From contig NC_042997.1 of the NCBI RefSeq assembly GCF_006345805.1, forward strand, positions 124,062,001-124,126,000: DNA of 64,000 bases. Direction: 5' to 3'. The stretch's first letter is position 1, and each line of letters starts with the position of its first letter. Under the pieces are notes generated by a model. That model was given only the letters and a program-made list of their open reading frames with translations. It did not search any database and had not been told where the DNA came from. The translations under genes were made by a program, and so were the position numbers. Of this stretch, positions 57,690-64,000 are shown piece after piece. This DNA is from Octopus sinensis. Lineage: Eukaryota.

Positions 57690-59300
57690 TGGAATGCCAT
57701 CGTCAATTTTATCAATTTTGTAATTGGCGAAAAGAAAAAGAGAGAGAAAAAGGAAAGAAAAAGGAAATAGACAAAGGAAAATATTTAATCAAATAGTTTT
57801 GTGTAAATTTGATGATATTCGCCTGTCGTTTTATTCTTTCCTCCAGTGCATGATGTTAATTATCTGCAAACATTTTTCTCCTCATGCATTTTGAGTATTC
57901 AATGTGTAGGAGATTCAGTATATTTTCTGAGAATATGCACTTACAAGTCTATTTCAAAATTGTTGCCGTTTGAAGCAAAATGTTAACCAAGTTCTGTCAA
58001 TCTACTGTTATTGTGCCCGACGTCATATATGTGCCCATTAAATCGTTTGTTAAATTGTTGTGTTGTACAACCAACATAAATCAAGTTGTGTTTCGTGCAT
58101 TCTGCCGCGTACACCAAATGAGAAGCTGTACATGGCCCACATTCTGTATAAATCATAACATTTCTTTTATGATACCTGATGGAGTTCACTTGGCTCTTGT
58201 TGTTGCACAATGAACAGCGCTCACCTCTCTTGCGGCTGTTTTTCAAGATACAGCGTGCAGATAATCCAACGTTAGTTTTCTTGGAGTCAGAAATAGAGTT
58301 CAATAGAGCTTTTATATTTTTATTCCGTCTAAATGCTACAATGGACGGCTGAGGAAACATATTTGAAACAAATATATTTTTCCGCAATATGCTGGTAAAT
58401 TTAATGCGACACTTTCGAAATGCCAGCAAAATTTCGGTCCCAGTTAATCGCTAAAGGAATTCTGTCACATATTGTATTGTGTTTGCTAAAATTATGCGTG
58501 AAGATTTGACGTTCTTTGCTAATCTTAGCTCTCTAACTTGCTACTTCATTTAATCGTGATTCATTGTAACGGGGTTTAACATAATGGTGTACAAAGCATT
58601 TGCATGTTTCCATTATCCCCTCTGTCAGTACAAATTCATTTTATCCTCAAAAATTGTGATTTCGGATTTGACCTAATAATATGATGTAGATGAGAGGAGC
58701 GGTGGTGGAGACAACTTGGGATCACATTGCATTGCAAAATAACTCTGTCACTATTTTACCCCCAGTAAACTTAACTTTTGTGTGAAAAAGTTCAACGATA
58801 GTTTTACAAAAGCTAAACGTTAATTTTATGTTGGTTTTAAAGCCATAGTTTTAACATAACAGTTACAGACATGCAAGGGTCAATTAAATTATCCTGTGAT
58901 CCTTCCCTGACAAAAAGACCTCATCAATGAACCGTATACAGAGTATTAGTTCATGACCATGTAAGTTTTTGAATGTCTGCAGTTACTCTGTCTCGAATTT
59001 CGTCATTTACCACTCATCTGGTGGTAAAATTTACATCCAAACTTCATTGTGTTAGTTTGTAACACAAAATTCTGTGACTAACAGAGAAAATTTGATGGAA
59101 TACTTTTGTTTGACCGCTTCCGAAGGCATCCATGTATGCTTCTACCCGTTCATCGTGGTCAATACTGGGATATACTGGGATATAAGGTAGAAACCCCCAT
59201 GGATACGAAAAAGCAATTCGCGACATGGCTTTGGTGTTTAAAGAAGTTGTTGATTTTAGATATCTATTGCAATTGCATTGCGCTCTTCGTCTTCTCTAAT
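57690..59300 (-). mobile_element. Decayed Penelope-like element (RT remnant plus GIY-YIG)
   Basis: ORF 57983-58429 has PSIVAFRRNKNI, CSLC, CTASHLVYAAEC, YVGCT..RFNGH. Upstream RT remnants SMG, IRFIDEVF and LHHRSSH..SQFLRI. Confidence 0.85.
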
Positions 59301-59321
59301 AATAATAATAATAATAATAAT

Positions 59322-59781
59322 AAGTATAAAAGATGGGCTACAGCAAATATTCTGCTCAATACCACAGATTTGCTTGTCAGTTGTTTGACCTTAACCAGTT
59401 GAGCATGTCCCTTAGTGGCTGACGATATGTGCATCTCTGATCACGAGCAGAAGTAGTGGGGGAGCATCATAGCCATGTGTTGAGAGAGATTCTTTGGTGT
59501 TTGAATAATTCCCCTATAGAAACATGGGTGGTTCTTTCAACATCCTTAAACAACCCTTATTCAGGGACCTTGTGAGCGGGATGGGCTACTCAACCTGAAG
59601 AAAATTCTAACTGCAAGGTCATGTGTGGTTTATTTTGATATGAGATCACCATGTCGCGCACATATGGCTGTGATGCATGTGCCTGGTGTACCCTTATCAG
59701 ACGGGTAGTCATGATGGGTATATTGGGCTTCGTATATTTTACCCCAGTGTCACTTTGATGGCATGGACTGCTATCTCACTC
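59322..59781 (+). mobile_element. 3' UTR segment of a TAA-associated non-LTR element
   Basis: Longer copy of 46269-46607, ending CTCTCACTC-(AAT)n and flanked by (AAT)n. Confidence 0.75.
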
Positions 59782-59798
59782 AATAATAATAATAATAA

Positions 59799-62700
59799 TG
59801 AAACTAAAACAATTGGAAAAGTATGAATAATAATAAAACAAACAGAATGAAAAATGGTTTAAGGGAGATAATAAAGAAGTTCTTAAGGCCTTCAATCATG
59901 CCATATTTTTCTCCTAATAAATCTAATACCAAACAAACCTACCTAAACTGGAGACAGAAATACCTTGAAGAAATATCCTATATATAGACACTAACAAACT
60001 TGCCAACACCAGTAGAAACATAGTGGAAAAGAAATTATGAACTGAATTACATATTGACGAAATTAAACATTCGGTAAGGGATAAAGGGAACGAAGTTGCA
60101 GCTAAAGAAGATACTACAGAGGAAATAATTATAGACCAACCTACGTCCAATGAAAATGCCGTAATGATAGAAACAATCAATGTAACTGATAAGCAACGTG
60201 AAATACTCTCTGAACCTACCATAGACACCAAGGCAAATGAAAATCAAATAGATGAAGAAAGTCAAACAGAAATTTATACAACTGAACAGCATGAACTAAA
60301 TAAACAAATCATGATTGAATGGTTGAAAATTAAAGAAAACAGTATGGTGACGCTCTCCCAAAAATTCACAACTCTAATTAAACCTGAAGTAATTGGTAAA
60401 ATTCGCCTTGCACTTAACGATATAATTTCAGCTAATGATATTGATATTACAGATGTCAACCACCTGTACTATGCAGCCACGAAAATCTCAATGATTCTAT
60501 GTGTTGAAAAGATTAGAAAACGACAACATTCCCACAAAATGCCTACTTGGCAAGGGCGTATCCAACATTAAATTCAGCTACTTAGGTCTGACAAAGAACG
60601 TTTTAAAAAACCTTAAGTTTGACAAGACTATCAAACCTACAAAAAAATAATTGAAAATTGAAGAAAAATATATGAAAACCATACTTGACATCGATACCTC
60701 CATAGACACTATCAAACAAAAATATGTGCTAAATCTGCTCGCATAGCACGGTATGAAAAGCGCGTTAGATTCTTCAAGGACAACATGTTCAAAAATAACC
60801 CAAAACATTTTTACAGGATGATAGGGAAATTACCAGTTACGGTAAAATGTGAAGGGCAGTAATTTTGGAATAAAATTTGGACAGGATTAAATAAAATACA
60901 TAATAAAAAAAGCCCCTTGGATTGATAGAATATCTACTGACTTAGACTTCTTAGAAGATCTAAAGTGGAGGAGTACTAAGGTAGAGGATCTAAGATCTGC
61001 TCGCAGGAAATCAAGCATATTGAAGTCTCAAGAAAAGTTTCAAGAACATTTTAAACTTCTAGTTGAATGCCTTCCCAGAGAATGATGAACTGCTAAAATC
61101 ACTTTACAATAATGTTTTGCAACAAGCAAGTATGATTCCCTCTTGGCTACTTAATGGTGTTTATGGTTATAAATATCAGTTACTAATCAATAAGATGATC
61201 ATGGAAGATTGCCACAAACGACACAAAAACTTATCGATAGCCTGGGTAGACTAAAAAATAAAGCTCTTGATAATCTACCACATAGCTCGATTAAGAAATA
61301 CCTGGAAATGTATAGAATAACACTTACTCTGGAGATGTGAGTATTTTATGTAGCATTTTCCAGGGTGACTCTCTATCACCGCTCCTCTTTTGTCTAGCCG
61401 TAACACTTCTCTGCTCGATGATGTACAATATAAATCATCTTTTTTACATGGATGATTTCAAGCTCTTTGCAAAAAATTACCAACAGCTACAGGGCTTACT
61501 AGCAATTGTTAAATAATTCAGTGATGATATCAAGATGCAATTTGGCCTCGATAAATGTTCAAAAGCTATCTTTATCAGAGGAAAAATGACAGAAATATCC
61601 AACGTTAATCTCGGCTAGCACAATGTTATAAAGGAGTTAGAACCAACAGAGAGCGACAAATACCTACGGGTATCAGAACGTAATGGAATCAAACATTCAA
61701 TGATAAGGAAAAAGATCAGAAGAGAATATTATCGCAAGGTAAGGGCAATACTAAAGACAGAGCTGAATGCAAGAAACAGGATAAAAGCAATCAATAGTTT
61801 CGTCATACCGGTCGTGACTTACAGTTTCAATATTATTAAATCGTCAAATACTAAAATATGTAATCTCGACAGAAAAATACGAAAATTGTTGACAATGCAT
61901 AGAAGTCACTACCCTAAGGAAGGTATAGAACGATTTTACCTGCCAAGAAAAGAGGATGGCCGTGGATTCTTTTACAACTGGAATTAACAATGAAGATTGC
62001 CACAATTGGCCTAAACATCTACCTGAAAAACTTTGATGGCTGGATGTTAAAACTTTCTTAATGCACGGAAACAAGAAAGCATCATACTAAGTAACAAAAC
62101 AGGCAAAGGAATATCTAAATGAAATCTAAATACAACACATCGCGGAATTAGATGTGCTGGAAACAAGCACAGGAAACGCTAAGCGTATGAACACCCGTGC
62201 TAAAATTGCTGCCTTAGATATTCTTACTGATAAATGACAAGAAAAATCTTTCAACGGCAAATACCCTAAGAGAGCTAATAAAGCCAACGTTGAGAAAGCC
62301 CTTGCCTAACAATGGTTAGTGTTTTCTTGCTTAAAATCGGAAACAGAAGTGTTTATCAAAGCAGCCCATGATCAATGTCTACCTACAAGGAACTACCAAG
62401 CCAGCATATTAAAGAACGGCAGTAGCCCAGCATGTCGTGTATGTAAACAACAAAATGAATTCATTGATCATGTTGTCTCCATGTGCAGTCATCTTGCGCC
62501 TACAGAGTATCTCAACAGGCACGATAGAACTGCACAATATATTCACTGGGTAAACTGCAAAAGCCTGAACCTGTCCCATATTAAAGACTGTTGGGAACTC
62601 AAACCAGCTGCAGTGCTTGAAAATGATCACATCTCACTCCTCTGGAATTTCACCATTCAAACTAACAGAAAGACAGATGCGAATAGGTCAGACATTTTGT

Positions 62701-63191
62701 TGAAAGACTTCAGACCAAAATCATGCCTTCTCGTTGATATGACTGTGCCAGTCGACATAAATGTACGTCAAGACCAACGGAAAACTGAGCAAGTATAAAG
62801 ATCTTGAAATAGAAATTAGCAAAATGTGGAACCTGAAGCCTAAAATGATACCTGTTGTCATAGGTGCCCTAGGAATGATAGCAAAAGGGACTGATTCCTA
62901 CCTAGCTCAGATACAAGGAAACCCCAAAATGGCAGATATTCAAAAGATAGTTCTCATGGGAACTGCCTAAGTCCTACGTAAAATACTGTCTATGTAATCT
63001 AAAATTTTAAAACAAACTTATGATTTTCTTGTTTTCTTAAACATTCTCTAGAACAATACTATGTGCAAAACCAAATATATGAATATGACACCCTAGGCAT
63101 AACACCAACTTGAACTTCAAACTTGTCTCTTGAGGTTCTTAGGAGAGACTTGGTGTTAACTTGTACAAATGCAACGCAAAGGTCAAATATA
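59799..63191 (+). mobile_element. Near-full-length decayed R4/Dong-clade non-LTR retrotransposon
   Basis: RT motifs AWVD, IFQGDSLSPLLF, HLFYMDD and KYL; CCHC knuckle CRVC..DHVVSMC; RHD; RLE motifs RSD..VDMTVP, KLSKYKDL and PVVIGALG. TAA repeats at both ends; many stops. Confidence 0.9.
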
Positions 63192-63204
63192 TAATAATAA
63201 CAAT

Positions 63205-63412
63205 AGTTTCAAACTTTGGCAGAAGGCCAGCAATTTTGGGAGAGGGGCTAGACTAGATCGACCCCAGTGTTCAACTGGTACTTATTATATCCACCACGAA
63301 AGGATGAAAAGTGAAGTCGACCTCAGCGGAATTTGAACTCAGAACGTAAAAATGGATGAAATGCCTCTAAGACCTTGGTCTGGTTTACTAATTATTCTTC
63401 CAGCTCGCCACC

Positions 63413-63413
<1 letters not shown>
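63205..63413 (-). mobile_element. SINE family A followed by (AAT)n
   Basis: ATCGACCCCAGTGTTCAACTGGTACTT..GTCGACCTCAGCGGAATTTGAACTCAGAAC..CCAGCTCGCCACC. Confidence 0.85.
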
Positions 63414-63487
<74 letters not shown>

Positions 63488-63605
63488 CGCAGAACACTTT
63501 CCATACAATAACCATCAGAGCATCACAACAAATCACAGCACATACCCAAGGCAGACAGAGCTGCGCTCGGTAGTGAAGTGAAAGCACGCTATAAAAATAA
63601 AACTA

Positions 63606-63681
<76 letters not shown>

Positions 63682-64000
63682 TTTCTCACGGTTATAAAAG
63701 AGTAAGAGGAAAATTTGTGACTTAAATGCCATTCAAGTTAATGTTAGCGATATGGAAGAAAAATCTCCATCTCCAGGAATCGAAATTGGTTTTATTTTAT
63801 TTATATATTTTTTACTCTATATGGGTAATTACTACTTTCCCACACATTGTTTTGCGATGAAACTGATTTCTCTACAACAGGGAGTTAGACATTTTTCCTA
63901 ATACGATTGAGAAACTTATTCATATGCATGCTAATGTATGGAAATTACAGAGTTCATTTGTACTTTCACAAAAATTGTTGGGAAAATAGTTTCTATTCAC

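Overview
AT-rich eukaryotic genomic DNA, very probably from an octopus or related coleoid cephalopod (inferred from its tRNA-derived SINE families and dense (TA)n/(CA)n/(AAT)n microsatellites). I see no intact host gene, and most ORFs in the supplied track are microsatellite artefacts. The window holds many mobile elements: a young Penelope-like element (PLE) with a GIY-YIG ORF and a ~226-bp inverted pLTR, a full-length decayed mariner, R4/Dong-like LINEs in (TAA)n, a HERO-like 3' end, CR1-like 3' ends, a second PLE, Helitron-like relics, a long-TIR element and many SINEs. Two less obvious layers stand out. (1) About a dozen hammerhead-ribozyme (HHR)-like motifs: two intact minimal type I HHRs in the young PLE, several decayed variants each with a different palindromic stem III, and a ~290-bp tandem unit with a type I HHR that resembles a non-LTR retrozyme. 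(2) Stop- and frameshift-riddled exon remnants that read as two head-to-head cadherin-repeat pseudogenes (~9.7-18.7 kb minus, ~22-33 kb plus) and possibly a latrophilin-like adhesion-GPCR pseudogene (~38-54 kb minus). All translations and folds were done by eye; the pseudogene calls need HMM or BLAST confirmation.
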